Assembly (NCBI GenBank): GCA_964596185.1
Contig: CAZQUE010000003.1
Coordinates: 65,213 to 129,212, forward strand
DNA from: an uncultured bacterium
Lineage (GTDB): Bacteria > Muiribacteriota > Ozemobacteria > Ozemobacterales > Ozemobacteraceae
Direction of reading: 5' to 3'
Length of the DNA: 64,000 bases
A program made the position numbers and the translations under genes. The notes beneath the pieces were generated by a model that saw only the letters and a list, made by a program, of their open reading frames with translations, had not been told where the DNA came from and ran no database searches. This document shows, one piece after another, positions 1 to 9,948 of the stretch. Numbering within the stretch: position 1 is the stretch's first letter; each line of letters opens with the position of its first letter.

Positions 1-1
1 G

Positions 2-523
2 CGCTATATTCATTCCTGGTATGTTTCTACCAGCCCAGGCGGAGACACAGGTGGCAGTGCGGGCGGAAATCCTCTAGTTACGGTTCCAGCCCAGGGTAGT
101 GTTCAGCAGAAAGTTGTGGCGGCCGCCCAGAATCTGGTAAGTAAATACAGCGCTTCGGGCTCGTTTCCTTATGCTGCAGCGACCAATGGTGGCCGCCTTG
201 GCTGTGCTCAGGTGGTAACTACTGCTTTAATGGCTGCCGGGGTAAATACCGGCATTCAGCTTGGCGTTCTTGCCACAATTCCAAAGCTTAAGTCTCTAGG
301 CTGGCGCGAAGTCAATGTTCCGCCATACCAGGCCGGCGACGTCATAACCTGGAAAACCTATGACCGTACTGGTGATGGTGTAATGGACAACGACACCCAC
401 ATAGGTATCATCATGAACAGTGGCAACAATGTTCAGGCGATGAGCAACTCGTCCAGTAGAAGGCGCCCTAGCCTGCACTCTGCAACATATTGTCCGGTAT
501 GTCGCGTATTGAGAAAGGTCTGA
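2..523 (+). CDS. 5'-partial CDS, CHAP/NlpC-P60-like cysteine peptidase domain protein (putative cell-wall hydrolase)
   Basis: The reading frame is open from the window edge, and the track ORF 116..523 is its M-restricted tail. Cys in ...GGRLGCAQVV... and a downstream His in ...DNDTHIGIIM... are spaced like CHAP/NlpC-P60 catalytic residues. Confidence 0.5.
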   Translation, partial: RYIHSWYVSTSPGGDTGGSAGGNPLVTVPAQGSVQQKVVAAAQNLVSKYSASGSFPYAAATNGGRLGCAQVVTTALMAAGVNTGIQLGVLATIPKLKSLGWREVNVPPYQAGDVITWKTYDRTGDGVMDNDTHIGIIMNSGNNVQAMSNSSSRRRPSLHSATYCPVCRVLRKV

Positions 524-537
524 GGTTTATAACCAAC

Positions 538-1485
538 ATGGCAAAAAGTAACATTTTCATTTTCGCAGTTTTTTTCAGTGTTGTCTGCATGTCATTGTCG
601 GCCGAAGTAACCATTGCTTTCGGCGACAAACCCGAGCAGGCTGCTTTCATCAATCAGAACAATAACCCCGGAATAGAAGAACCCCTGCCTCTTGGCCCGT
701 TGTCTTTCCAGGTTACTTCCAAGTTTATCTACATTGCTGATAGCGTTGGTGGCAAGATCATCGCAGCAGATAAGGAAACGGGAGCCGTTACTGCGCTTAA
801 GCTTACGGATAAACCCAAAGACATGCTTTTTGACGATCTTGCCGTTGTGGCCGACAAAAACGGAAAGGCCAGATTTTTCTGGGTGATCGATGCGTTAAGC
901 AATTCGCTGTTGCAATTTGCCGACGATGGCAAACTGCTTGGCAAGATTTCTTCAGAAAAAATGATTCAGCCTTATCGACTCGAAATCAGCAATTCTGGTC
1001 TGCTCTTTGTTGCTGACAAAGGTGCTCGCAGTATTTTTGCTTTCGATCAGCAGGGCAAACTGATTGTTGAAATGCCATGGGAATGGTCCGGCATGGCACT
1101 TTCTCCCGATTCCGATATCGTTTATCGCCTTTTCTTTGCTCCAGAAAGCGGCACTTCCTTTTTGGTTTCGGCTAATGTCGAAGGAAAGCTGACCATGGAG
1201 CGTGAACTCGATCTGGGTGAACATTTCAATACCGAACTCTGGTGGGTTGACGAAGAAAAACAGGAATGCGTCATTACTTTTGCAACCGCACAGAATTATC
1301 AGGCCAGCCTGATACTTGCCCGGGTCGGCTTTGATGGCAAGATTAAATCAAAAAAAGATTTTAAAGTTCCATTTGCAATGAATCGTTTTATCGATAATTA
1401 TGGCACTGAAATCTGGGCCGGCGTCGGCGATTTCAGCAAGGCACCTGAAGGAAACTTCAGTTTGGTTAAGTTTGATCTGCCCTGA
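538..1485 (+). CDS. secreted hypothetical protein, possible beta-propeller (NHL-like repeats)
   Basis: Track ORF 490..1485. An internal Met at 538 precedes a signal-peptide-like segment (MAKSNIFIFAVFFSVVCMSLSA). Repeated motifs such as IYIADSVGGKIIA and LLFVADKGARSIFAFD are present. Confidence 0.5.
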   Translation: MAKSNIFIFAVFFSVVCMSLSAEVTIAFGDKPEQAAFINQNNNPGIEEPLPLGPLSFQVTSKFIYIADSVGGKIIAADKETGAVTALKLTDKPKDMLFDDLAVVADKNGKARFFWVIDALSNSLLQFADDGKLLGKISSEKMIQPYRLEISNSGLLFVADKGARSIFAFDQQGKLIVEMPWEWSGMALSPDSDIVYRLFFAPESGTSFLVSANVEGKLTMERELDLGEHFNTELWWVDEEKQECVITFATAQNYQASLILARVGFDGKIKSKKDFKVPFAMNRFIDNYGTEIWAGVGDFSKAPEGNFSLVKFDLP

Positions 1486-1501
1486 TTGAGGAGGGTAAGG
1501 A

Positions 1502-1855
1502 ATGAAAAAAAAGGTAATTTTGGCGCTGGTGTTTTTGTGTTTGCTGTCAACGGTGGTATTGGCTTATAAAATGCCTTCGCGTGGTGAAACAACCGCCAGT
1601 GCTCTGAACGTCAGAACCGGTCCAGGCATGAGTTATTCGGTTTTGCAAACGGTTCCGTATGGTACTGCAGTTGAAATAACCGATGTTAAAGGGAGTTGGT
1701 ATAAGGTTAACGTTGTTGGCCGCACTGGAGTCTATGTTCACAGTTCTTATGTGAAGATAACCGAATATACCGAATTTGATGACCCCGAGGCTGAAAAGAA
1801 CGCAACCAAAAGATTTTTGCCGACGTTGTCGACCGTAGATCCATACACCAGGTAA
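1502..1855 (+). CDS. bacterial SH3 (SH3b) domain protein with signal peptide
   Basis: Hydrophobic N-terminus. SALNVRTGPGMSYSVLQTVPYGTAVEITDVKGSWYKV is a typical SH3b signature. Confidence 0.6.
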   Translation: MKKKVILALVFLCLLSTVVLAYKMPSRGETTASALNVRTGPGMSYSVLQTVPYGTAVEITDVKGSWYKVNVVGRTGVYVHSSYVKITEYTEFDDPEAEKNATKRFLPTLSTVDPYTR

Positions 1856-1864
1856 TCCTATGTA

Positions 1865-3904
1865 ATGAAAAATCGCTTTTGGCCCAATAGAAGAAAAGGA
1901 AGTACAATATTCATTGTCGGAGCCGTAATCATGGCTCTGTTTCTTTTCTTTGGCGGATTTTTGAAGTATTCGACTGGCCGGCGTTTTACCACCGGAAAAT
2001 TGAACAAGGCCTATCTGGCTCGCGAACTCTCCTTTGCGGTGGCTACTCTCGCCGCCCATCATTTGAAGGAAGTAGAGATAAAAAATACAGATTCTGAGCT
2101 TTATAAGCAACTGTCTTTGCCTATTGAAGAGATGAAAACACAGGTTATTGAAACAATTCACTTTTCAGGTGATCTGCAGAATCTTTTGAAGAAGCTGGTC
2201 GAGGGTAACTCTGGATTGATAAATCTGAGCTGTTTGGCTCAATGGCGACTGGATCAATCCAGTTTTAAAAATTTAATTAAATCATATCCGCGTGAAAAAA
2301 GTGGTAGAATCTTTATCCCGGTAACTCTGACTTACCAGCAGCCAGGGACTTCTGGAACTATCAGCGAAGATTATCTTTATGCGGTTGATATAAAGGTTAC
2401 CGCCAACATAGTACCGATTTTGTCGCGGTTTTCTTGCTATATCAAAGACGCTGTTTGTGGCGAGGGCGAAGACCGATTCAACCTGGTTCACACAGACATG
2501 TACGGCAATCTAAAGGGCTCGACATATCGACCATGGGTCTTCGATAACGGCAATGTCAACAGTTCAAGTTTTCCCACCCGTTTTTCTGAAATCATGGAAT
2601 CACCTATCGGGCTGATTTATCTTGGTGGTGGCAAAGTCGTCCTCGGTACCTGCAGGGGTTGGAATATCGTTGGAAAATACGGTGAGGGGTTTCATTTGCT
2701 TGCCGAAGGCCGTGGTGACGGTCTCTACACCACCGGGTTCATCGACAATATGGCACTTCTCAACTGGGAAACCGGTCTTTGTAATGATATCAGCGATGAT
2801 GCTTCGCGATACTGGTGGGAAATGATTAAGGATGGTTATGATGATATGTCGAAGCGAAATTCGTTGATGCGCCTTATGGGAACGGATATGCTGCGCTCGC
2901 CGACTCTGGTTTTCGGCAATGTTTATAGCCGAACCTTTTGTGCCAAAGCCTTCAAAGAAGGCAATGAATTTTTTGGACCGCTACCTTACGTTAACAACCA
3001 GGCTCGCTTTGAAGATATCTGTTCTGGCGGCAGCGAAGATTTTGACATCGGCTATTTCAAGAGCGTGGTTGGCAATATCAGCCGCTCTGATTATAACAGT
3101 AAGTATGCCAGCACTTTAATGGAAGTGCCTTATAATCGAGCTTTAAGCTATATCGTCACCAACCATAAGAATCCAAAACCGATGAAATCAGGTATTATTT
3201 CGAACTCTGATCCTCTTTTCGATTTTATCGAAGGCAAGGCTGTAGGCAAAGGAATTGCCGATAAAATTCCCGCTCCATATTCGACAATCTATTCAGATAT
3301 TTCCGATCTTGACGATATGCAAAAAATGCTCGAAAAAATCGGTGTACCGGGAGAAAGAGCCTTGAAGACAATTGTTTTGAAGAAAGGTGAAAAACTGCTG
3401 AATCGGCTGAAAGATGAGGGATTTCTCAGGCAAAACCAGCTCGATATCAATGGTTGGTTGCATGTTCAGACTTCAGAAAAGATTGTTATCGATCAGGTTT
3501 TGCAGCTTACCAGCCATGGCGGCATTGTCTGTGAAAAAGGTAATATCGAAATTCGCAGTACTATTGGCGGGTCTGACAGACTCTTGCATCTGATAGCTCT
3601 CGATGGCAATATCGATGTTGATGTCGGCGGCGAATTGAATGTTTCGCTTATTGCGGCCGGAAGTGGTTCTGATCGCGGCCAGGTCAGATTTCCTGGAACA
3701 GTAAATTCCAACCTTCCGGTCATCATAGGAAACATTGCCATGCAGCGCATGGTCAAAGGCAGTCTGGCATCAAATGCCGCTCGCGGCGTTGAGGTTAAGT
3801 ACCGCAAAGAATTGGCAGCTCTACCTGGAAAAACCGCTGAAAACATGTCTGAAAAAGCTTTGCTGATGTTCGGCATTGATCCGGAGCCGGAGTTGATCGA
3901 ATGA
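1865..3904 (+). CDS. large hypothetical membrane-anchored protein, first gene of a pseudopilin operon
   Basis: 679 aa with an N-terminal TM helix. Its stop overlaps the start of the downstream pseudopilin gene (ATGA). No recognizable domain by eye. Confidence 0.55.
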   Translation: MKNRFWPNRRKGSTIFIVGAVIMALFLFFGGFLKYSTGRRFTTGKLNKAYLARELSFAVATLAAHHLKEVEIKNTDSELYKQLSLPIEEMKTQVIETIHFSGDLQNLLKKLVEGNSGLINLSCLAQWRLDQSSFKNLIKSYPREKSGRIFIPVTLTYQQPGTSGTISEDYLYAVDIKVTANIVPILSRFSCYIKDAVCGEGEDRFNLVHTDMYGNLKGSTYRPWVFDNGNVNSSSFPTRFSEIMESPIGLIYLGGGKVVLGTCRGWNIVGKYGEGFHLLAEGRGDGLYTTGFIDNMALLNWETGLCNDISDDASRYWWEMIKDGYDDMSKRNSLMRLMGTDMLRSPTLVFGNVYSRTFCAKAFKEGNEFFGPLPYVNNQARFEDICSGGSEDFDIGYFKSVVGNISRSDYNSKYASTLMEVPYNRALSYIVTNHKNPKPMKSGIISNSDPLFDFIEGKAVGKGIADKIPAPYSTIYSDISDLDDMQKMLEKIGVPGERALKTIVLKKGEKLLNRLKDEGFLRQNQLDINGWLHVQTSEKIVIDQVLQLTSHGGIVCEKGNIEIRSTIGGSDRLLHLIALDGNIDVDVGGELNVSLIAAGSGSDRGQVRFPGTVNSNLPVIIGNIAMQRMVKGSLASNAARGVEVKYRKELAALPGKTAENMSEKALLMFGIDPEPELIE

Positions 3905-4332
3905 ACAGAGAAAAAGCCTTCTCTTTTGTCGAGATCATGATTGCCATTATTTGTCTTTCTGTCGTTCTGATTCCGTTGACGACGATGTTTTCTGCAAGCA
4001 GTACCGGAACAGTTAATAATCGTAACGACATTCTTGCCCGGCAGCATGCGGCTAATCTGCTCGATTATTCCTATTCACTTGCTTATAACGACGATTTTCT
4101 CAAGCCCGGAGCAGGTAGGTCTGTAGCGAAAGTTAGCTTTTCTGCAGGGCCTGACCCGGTTGACCTGGATATGGAGCACATTTTTTCAAGAACCATATCT
4201 GTCGAAGAAATTAAACCGGCCAATTGGCGCTATGCTTATAAGTTGATTAAAGTAAGCGTTGTCTGGAATGAGGGCAAAAACCTCAAAAAAGAGATTGCAA
4301 TGACTGGAGTGATGGTCGATGAAGGCGTTTAA
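3901..4332 (+). CDS. type IV pilin-like / pseudopilin (prepilin-type N-terminal domain)
   Basis: N-terminus MNREKA|FSFVEIMIAIICLSVVL has a short basic leader, Glu at +5 and a hydrophobic helix. It is translationally coupled to both flanking genes. Confidence 0.65.
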   Translation: MNREKAFSFVEIMIAIICLSVVLIPLTTMFSASSTGTVNNRNDILARQHAANLLDYSYSLAYNDDFLKPGAGRSVAKVSFSAGPDPVDLDMEHIFSRTISVEEIKPANWRYAYKLIKVSVVWNEGKNLKKEIAMTGVMVDEGV

Positions 4333-4867
4333 AAGGCGAAAAACATTCGGCGTTACCCTGGTAGAGATCTGTGTCGGGGTGATTATTCTCAGCCTGGTCA
4401 TGACTGCTGTCATGCGCATGTTCGCCGGAGGTATGAAAGGCTCGAAGCAGGGCATGGCACACCTGACCAATATGCAGACGGCAGCCATCATCATGGCCCA
4501 GATTGAATACGATCTTTTACGGGCGACTAAAATTGACGATCCTGCCGTAAACGCTGTTGAAACAGCAGCCAGATGGCAGTTTGTCAGAGAAGACGGCAGC
4601 AACAGCACTGTCATTTTCAATCTTTTGCCCGATGGGCTTGAACGTCACGAGAATAACAGCATTTCCGGTCCCAATAAGCACATTTTCGGCAAAGGCCTGA
4701 ATCTGAAGCTGCAGTTTCGCCACCTTGAATTCAATATTCCCGCTGAAAAGCAAATTAAAGAGGCAATGTTGATAGAGCTGAAAGTGGCTTCTGATAAAGA
4801 CAGCAATGAAGAATTTATTCTTCGTCGCCTGATTACCTGCAGAAACCTCAAGCGTGATATCATGTAG
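4319..4867 (+). CDS. type IV pilin-like / pseudopilin (prepilin-type N-terminal domain)
   Basis: N-terminus MKAFKRRKTFG|VTLVEICVGVIIL has Gly at -1, Glu at +5 and a hydrophobic helix. Confidence 0.65.
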   Translation: MKAFKRRKTFGVTLVEICVGVIILSLVMTAVMRMFAGGMKGSKQGMAHLTNMQTAAIIMAQIEYDLLRATKIDDPAVNAVETAARWQFVREDGSNSTVIFNLLPDGLERHENNSISGPNKHIFGKGLNLKLQFRHLEFNIPAEKQIKEAMLIELKVASDKDSNEEFILRRLITCRNLKRDIM

Positions 4868-4882
4868 TCTGAAAGAATTTGA

Positions 4883-5611
4883 TTGATCAAAAAGTTCGGG
4901 GTTTTGCATAAACAGAATCTTCACAACCATACGCTTTTCAGTGATGGCAGTTTTCTGCCGGAAGAAATAATCGAAGCGGCTATTGCCGGCGGCATAGACT
5001 TGATCGGTATTTCCGACCATTTTTTTACGACAAAGGTTTTTCGTGATATCGGTTATCAGGAATGGTATGCAAAAAACTGGAAAAAGTATCTGCCCACCAT
5101 TGCCGAGCTCAAACGTTATTATGCCGAACGAATAACCGTTGCTGCTGGTATTGAAATTGACTCCTGCCTGTCACGCACATTGGGAGGCTTTGAAAGGTTT
5201 CCCTGGTCTGAAATCAATGAAAACCTCGACTACGTTCTTGTCGAATACGTTGGCGAAACATGCGTTGGCGGCATACCATTCCAACAATTGGAAGAATTGT
5301 GCCAATTCTGCGAAGTTCCCATGATTCTCGCCCATTCCGACCTTGATTATCTTCACAAGACTGTTTCATTGCCGAAAGTTATCGAAAGCCTGAAAAAAAA
5401 CGCAGTGGCGCTTGAAGTCGTTGGTGGTAAAAGGAATCGCTGGTTTTTTGACCGGTTCTCCCCCGACCTTTTCAGAAATGTAAGGCTTTCAATAGGCTGT
5501 GACGTTCATCAGAATATTGAAGATGTTGCGGATATAACGCGGGCCATGGCATTTATTGAAAAAAATGGCTTCACCAACCAGGTGCTTTTTGTTGATGCTG
5601 AAGTTGTCTGA
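4883..5611 (+). CDS. PHP-domain phosphoesterase (histidinol-phosphatase-like)
   Basis: PHP motifs: HNHTLFSDGS near the N-terminus, DLIGISDHF, and a later His cluster. Confidence 0.65.
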   Translation: MIKKFGVLHKQNLHNHTLFSDGSFLPEEIIEAAIAGGIDLIGISDHFFTTKVFRDIGYQEWYAKNWKKYLPTIAELKRYYAERITVAAGIEIDSCLSRTLGGFERFPWSEINENLDYVLVEYVGETCVGGIPFQQLEELCQFCEVPMILAHSDLDYLHKTVSLPKVIESLKKNAVALEVVGGKRNRWFFDRFSPDLFRNVRLSIGCDVHQNIEDVADITRAMAFIEKNGFTNQVLFVDAEVV

Positions 5612-5662
5612 ATCAAAAAAGTTGCCGCTGTTACTTAGATTCATTTAAAATGATTTAAGTCG

Positions 5663-8600
5663 ATGTTTGATGAGGCGAGCATGAACGGAAAAAAGAAAGA
5701 ACCCGATTTCTCTTCACAGCAATTTGAAAAAATTGTGGCCTTGCTTCGCAGCTGGAATCGATTTGATATGCATGCTTATAAAGAGCAGACGGTTTTTCGC
5801 CGCCTTGCCCGGCGAGTTTCCATGGTGGGGTGTAATTCTGCAGATGAATACATAGATTATCTCGAAAGAACCCCATCTGAAATTGAAGCATTGTTTAACG
5901 ATCTTTTGATTGAGGTAACCAGTTTTTTTCGTGATTTTGAGGCATTCGTATCGCTACAGAAAAATGTCATTCAGAATCTGCCCAACAAAGACGTCGACGA
6001 ACTCAGAATCTGGGTGCCTGCATGTGCAACCGGGCAGGAAGCCTATTCTATCGCAATATTATTGGCTGAAGCGATTAATGAAACCCAAAGGGAAATTTCG
6101 TTTCGCATTTTTGCAACTGATATTTCGGATGAAGCGATATCTTTTTCCTCTGCCGGAGTTTACAGCAATGAGATGCTGGCAGAGCTTCCAGAAGAATTGC
6201 GAAAGCGTTATTTTTATTCTATTGATGAAAACCGTTGCCGAATTCACCCAAGGTTGCGCTCGCGCATCAGCTTTTTTCGCCACAATATACTGGCTGACCC
6301 GCCGTTTCCCTATATTGATCTGATTTGTTGCCGAAATTTACTGATTTATCTCAAGCCGGAATTTCAGCAGCAGGTAATCAGCACTTTCCATTTTTCATTA
6401 CGCGAAAACGGCGTTCTTTTCCTGGGAACCAGCGAAAGTCTCAGTTCATTAAATCACGGCTTTCATCAGATTGATTCGCGCTGGCGAATTTATAGCAAGA
6501 ATTCAGAAGTTCGCCTGCCATTTGAAGCCCACCGCCTGAAACCTGAACCAGTGCAGGTTAACCGTTTCAATGCCGATGGTCGAAGTGAGCGTTTAAGTCC
6601 GAACGCCAGGTTGATTGATATATACGATTCTTTGATGTCGAAAAAATGTGTACCCGGCATAATTGTCGACTGCCGTTATGAAATTATTCATATCAATGGC
6701 GACGTCATGAAGTATTTCCCAACCGTTAGAGGTCGATTGACCTCTCAGTTGCTAGAATGGGCTGAAGGTGAGCTTAGAATTTCCTTGTCAACAGCTCTGG
6801 CTCGTGCGCGTAAAATAAACGCTGAGGTTTCGGTTGAAAACGTCCGGCTGATGTTAAACGGCGAGTTGAAATGTTGTGAGATTTCTGTTTGCCCATTTTC
6901 ATTGAAAAGCGAAGTCTATTATTTCGTTCAGGTCTGTGAAAAGGGTGATTTCGAAGAACAGAATGCCGAAAAATTTGCTTTCAATCTCGATGAAGAGGCG
7001 CAAAACCGCATTGAAAACCTTGAAATTGAAGTTAAAGAGCTGCAAAACAGCCTTTATTGTGCGATCGAAGAAAAAAAATCAAGCCAGGAAGAATTACAGG
7101 CAAGCAACGAAGAGTTAAGGGCCAGTAATGAAGAGCTACAAAGCTCAAATGAAGAATTGCACGCCATCAGCCTCGAACATGAAGAAAAGATTCGTGAGCT
7201 GATCTCGGTAAACAATGATTTCAAGAATCTGTTGATTAGTACCGACCTGGCGTTGGTTTTTCTCGATCAGAATCTGCGAATTCGTAGGTTTACGCCCGTA
7301 GCTGAGAAATTGTTGCGCTTGAGTTCCCAGGATATCGATCGAAGTTTTACCTCAATTCGCTCTGAACTGATAGATATCGATTCTCTTGAAAGCAATGCCA
7401 GACAAACTCTTGATCATGGCTATCCATTTGAATGCGAGATTAAAAGGCGTGACGGGAAAACTTTTCTTTTTCGCATGCTGCCTTATCGAGACGAATCTTT
7501 CGTTATCAAGGGGATAGTTCTCACTTATACCGACACAACCAGTCTTCGTGCCGCGGAATCTGCCTTTCTCGAAAGTGAAATTCGCTTTCAGGCGGCCATG
7601 GATGCAGTCAACGACGCAATCTGGTCTTATGATGTCAAAAATGGCTTTTTTGATTTAAGCGATCGATGGATGAAGATCGTTAACCGCGATTGTCGGTGTA
7701 AAAGGCTTTCATTTGAAGATTTCGTTGATTTTATTTTTCTGGAAGACCGGGAGAATTTCAAGGAGCAATTCAAGAGAATTTTTGAAGGTAACTTTGTTCT
7801 TGAGCATGACTTTCGAATTTTAGTCAACAAAACACAGGACTGGAAATGGGTATTTTCACGTGGGCGAGTTATCGAATTTGACGACTCCGGGGTTCCTTTG
7901 AAAGTTCTTGGTACCATATCCGACATTTCTTTCCGTAAACAACTAGAGATAGAACGACAGCAGAAGCAAACCATGTTGTCTCTTCTGTGTGATGGAATTG
8001 GTTTTGGTTTCTGGCGTTATGAACCATGTAATGATCGCGTAACCATCGACAAGGTCATAAAAAAAATGATTGGTCTCGATAGTGAAGAATTTTCTCTAAG
8101 ACCTCTTTTTAACCTTTGTTATCGAGAAGATAGAAGGATGATCACTCGGAAAATAGGTGGAATTTTGCGTGGTCATGCCGATTCCGCCGTTGTTGAGTTC
8201 CGAATCATGCGCCATGAAGTTTTGTTTTGGCTGAGATTGAGTGCTATCGTTTCTGAGCATGATGATCAGGGGCAGGCCAGAGTCATCATTGGTTTTGTTG
8301 AAGATATCAATAATCGAAAAAAGGCTGAAAAAGAGCTTCTCGAATACAGTCAGGAAATTACCAGACAAAAAGAAACTCTTGAAGAATTGATTGAAAATAT
8401 GCCGATTGCCGTTTTGGCCAAAAAACCTGCCGACGATTTTCGCTATTTTCTTTGCAACCCCGCTGCCGAAAAACTTCTGCAGGCTTCTCGCAATGAAGTT
8501 ATCGGACAGAATATCAATTTCTTGCTCGAAGAAGAACCGGCAAAAAGATTTGCTGAATACGATCGACAGATTGTCGCTTCACCGGATATTATTGCCCTGA

Positions 8601-9898
8601 GTGAGCAAAATCTGGTTCTGGGTCGTCGAAATTGCGAAGTAAAAATAACCAAGATTCCCATTCTAGATGCACAAAAGCAGGTCGAGGCCATATTCATTCT
8701 GATTGAAGATGTTACTCAGGAGCGTTCACTTTCAAGGCAATTGCAGCATGCGCAAAAGATGGATGCTGTCGGCCGTTTGGCTGGAGGCATTGCCCATGAT
8801 TTTAACAATATGCTGCAGGCGATTCTAGGTTATGGCTCTTTACTGGGCGAAGATGTGGCGGAAATGGAGAGCGCCAGAGAAAATCTGGCCATGATTTTGA
8901 AGGCGGCTGATCAGGCTAGCAGTGTGGTAAAGCAGCTTATGACTTTCAGTCGCAAGCAGGAGTCGCAAAAGATTCACACCAATGTAGTTAACTCGATAAA
9001 AGAGATTTACCGGATGTTGAATCGTTTATTGGGTGATCATATTAAAGTTTCTCTTGAAATAAAAACTTCAGAGGCCTGGATTCTTGCTGATCCTATCCAG
9101 ATCGAGCAGGCATTGGTAAATCTCTGTTTGAATGCCCGCGATGCTATGCCAACCGGAGGTAATCTTGAGCTGTTGGTTTCATGTCGCGAGTTTGTCCAGA
9201 CTGACAAGCTTGAGTTTCCTGAAAGTTTTCCTGGAAAGTATGTTGCCATAAGAGTTCGAGATTCGGGAAAAGGTATAGATTCAGAGCAGCTGAATAATAT
9301 TTTCGAACCATTTTTTACCACCAAGGACATCGGTAAAGGTACGGGATTGGGTCTTGCCACCGTCTATGCAATCGTTTCCCGCCATCATGGTTTTATCAAT
9401 GTCAAAAGTGAAAAAAATGTCGGCTCCGCATTTGAAATTTTTCTTCCGGTTGTTGAAAAAGTAGCTGAATTTGCCAAGTATTCACAGACTGCTGAAGACG
9501 ACAAATCTGTTGGTGAAACGGTTCTTTTAGCAGAAGATCAGGAAATGGTCAGGGATTTTGCCACAAGAGTGTTGAGAAAGGCTGGATACAATGTAATTCA
9601 GGCCCATGATGGAGTTGATGCTGTAGAAAAGTTCAAAGAGCACCAGAACCAGATAAAAATTCTCGTTTTTGATGTGATGATGCCAAATTTGAATGGTCGC
9701 GATGCCTACGAACAAATCAAGCGAATCAAGCCAGACATACCGGTTTTGTTTTGCAGCGGATATGGCGATGATCTACTTAAAGACGAATACATGGTAGAAA
9801 TTGAGGGGCGGTTACTTTCCAAGCCTTATTCATCAAGCGATTTTCTCAGAGAAATCAAGTTTCTATTAATGGAGCACAGTCCGGACAATGCTTGCTGA
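5663..9898 (+). CDS. CheR-type methyltransferase / PAS / hybrid histidine kinase with C-terminal receiver domain
   Basis: CheR SAM-binding motifs ([41 protein letters not shown]). Coiled-coil SNEEL repeats and PAS-like segments. HisKA ([13 protein letters not shown]), HATPase_c (DSGKGI, GTGLGLA) and REC ([13 protein letters not shown]...K) motifs. Confidence 0.8.
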   Translation: MFDEASMNGKKKEPDFSSQQFEKIVALLRSWNRFDMHAYKEQTVFRRLARRVSMVGCNSADEYIDYLERTPSEIEALFNDLLIEVTSFFRDFEAFVSLQKNVIQNLPNKDVDELRIWVPACATGQEAYSIAILLAEAINETQREISFRIFATDISDEAISFSSAGVYSNEMLAELPEELRKRYFYSIDENRCRIHPRLRSRISFFRHNILADPPFPYIDLICCRNLLIYLKPEFQQQVISTFHFSLRENGVLFLGTSESLSSLNHGFHQIDSRWRIYSKNSEVRLPFEAHRLKPEPVQVNRFNADGRSERLSPNARLIDIYDSLMSKKCVPGIIVDCRYEIIHINGDVMKYFPTVRGRLTSQLLEWAEGELRISLSTALARARKINAEVSVENVRLMLNGELKCCEISVCPFSLKSEVYYFVQVCEKGDFEEQNAEKFAFNLDEEAQNRIENLEIEVKELQNSLYCAIEEKKSSQEELQASNEELRASNEELQSSNEELHAISLEHEEKIRELISVNNDFKNLLISTDLALVFLDQNLRIRRFTPVAEKLLRLSSQDIDRSFTSIRSELIDIDSLESNARQTLDHGYPFECEIKRRDGKTFLFRMLPYRDESFVIKGIVLTYTDTTSLRAAESAFLESEIRFQAAMDAVNDAIWSYDVKNGFFDLSDRWMKIVNRDCRCKRLSFEDFVDFIFLEDRENFKEQFKRIFEGNFVLEHDFRILVNKTQDWKWVFSRGRVIEFDDSGVPLKVLGTISDISFRKQLEIERQQKQTMLSLLCDGIGFGFWRYEPCNDRVTIDKVIKKMIGLDSEEFSLRPLFNLCYREDRRMITRKIGGILRGHADSAVVEFRIMRHEVLFWLRLSAIVSEHDDQGQARVIIGFVEDINNRKKAEKELLEYSQEITRQKETLEELIENMPIAVLAKKPADDFRYFLCNPAAEKLLQASRNEVIGQNINFLLEEEPAKRFAEYDRQIVASPDIIALSEQNLVLGRRNCEVKITKIPILDAQKQVEAIFILIEDVTQERSLSRQLQHAQKMDAVGRLAGGIAHDFNNMLQAILGYGSLLGEDVAEMESARENLAMILKAADQASSVVKQLMTFSRKQESQKIHTNVVNSIKEIYRMLNRLLGDHIKVSLEIKTSEAWILADPIQIEQALVNLCLNARDAMPTGGNLELLVSCREFVQTDKLEFPESFPGKYVAIRVRDSGKGIDSEQLNNIFEPFFTTKDIGKGTGLGLATVYAIVSRHHGFINVKSEKNVGSAFEIFLPVVEKVAEFAKYSQTAEDDKSVGETVLLAEDQEMVRDFATRVLRKAGYNVIQAHDGVDAVEKFKEHQNQIKILVFDVMMPNLNGRDAYEQIKRIKPDIPVLFCSGYGDDLLKDEYMVEIEGRLLSKPYSSSDFLREIKFLLMEHSPDNAC

Positions 9899-9948
9899 AG
9901 ATGAAAGAATGACATGAATTCCAAATAAATAATGTTTGTTTACGGCTA

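Noticed and set aside
1547-2161. 204-aa antisense ORF, with similar antisense ORFs at 3493..4047, 13259..13873, 25574..26086 and 40779..41336
   Set aside because: Each is fully embedded opposite a well-supported gene, lacks a Shine-Dalgarno, and has an odd composition. They are typical shadow ORFs.
7082-7160. Imperfect 21-nt tandem DNA repeats
   Set aside because: They are in-frame within the CheR-kinase gene and encode SNEEL heptads of a coiled coil. They are not a noncoding repeat element.
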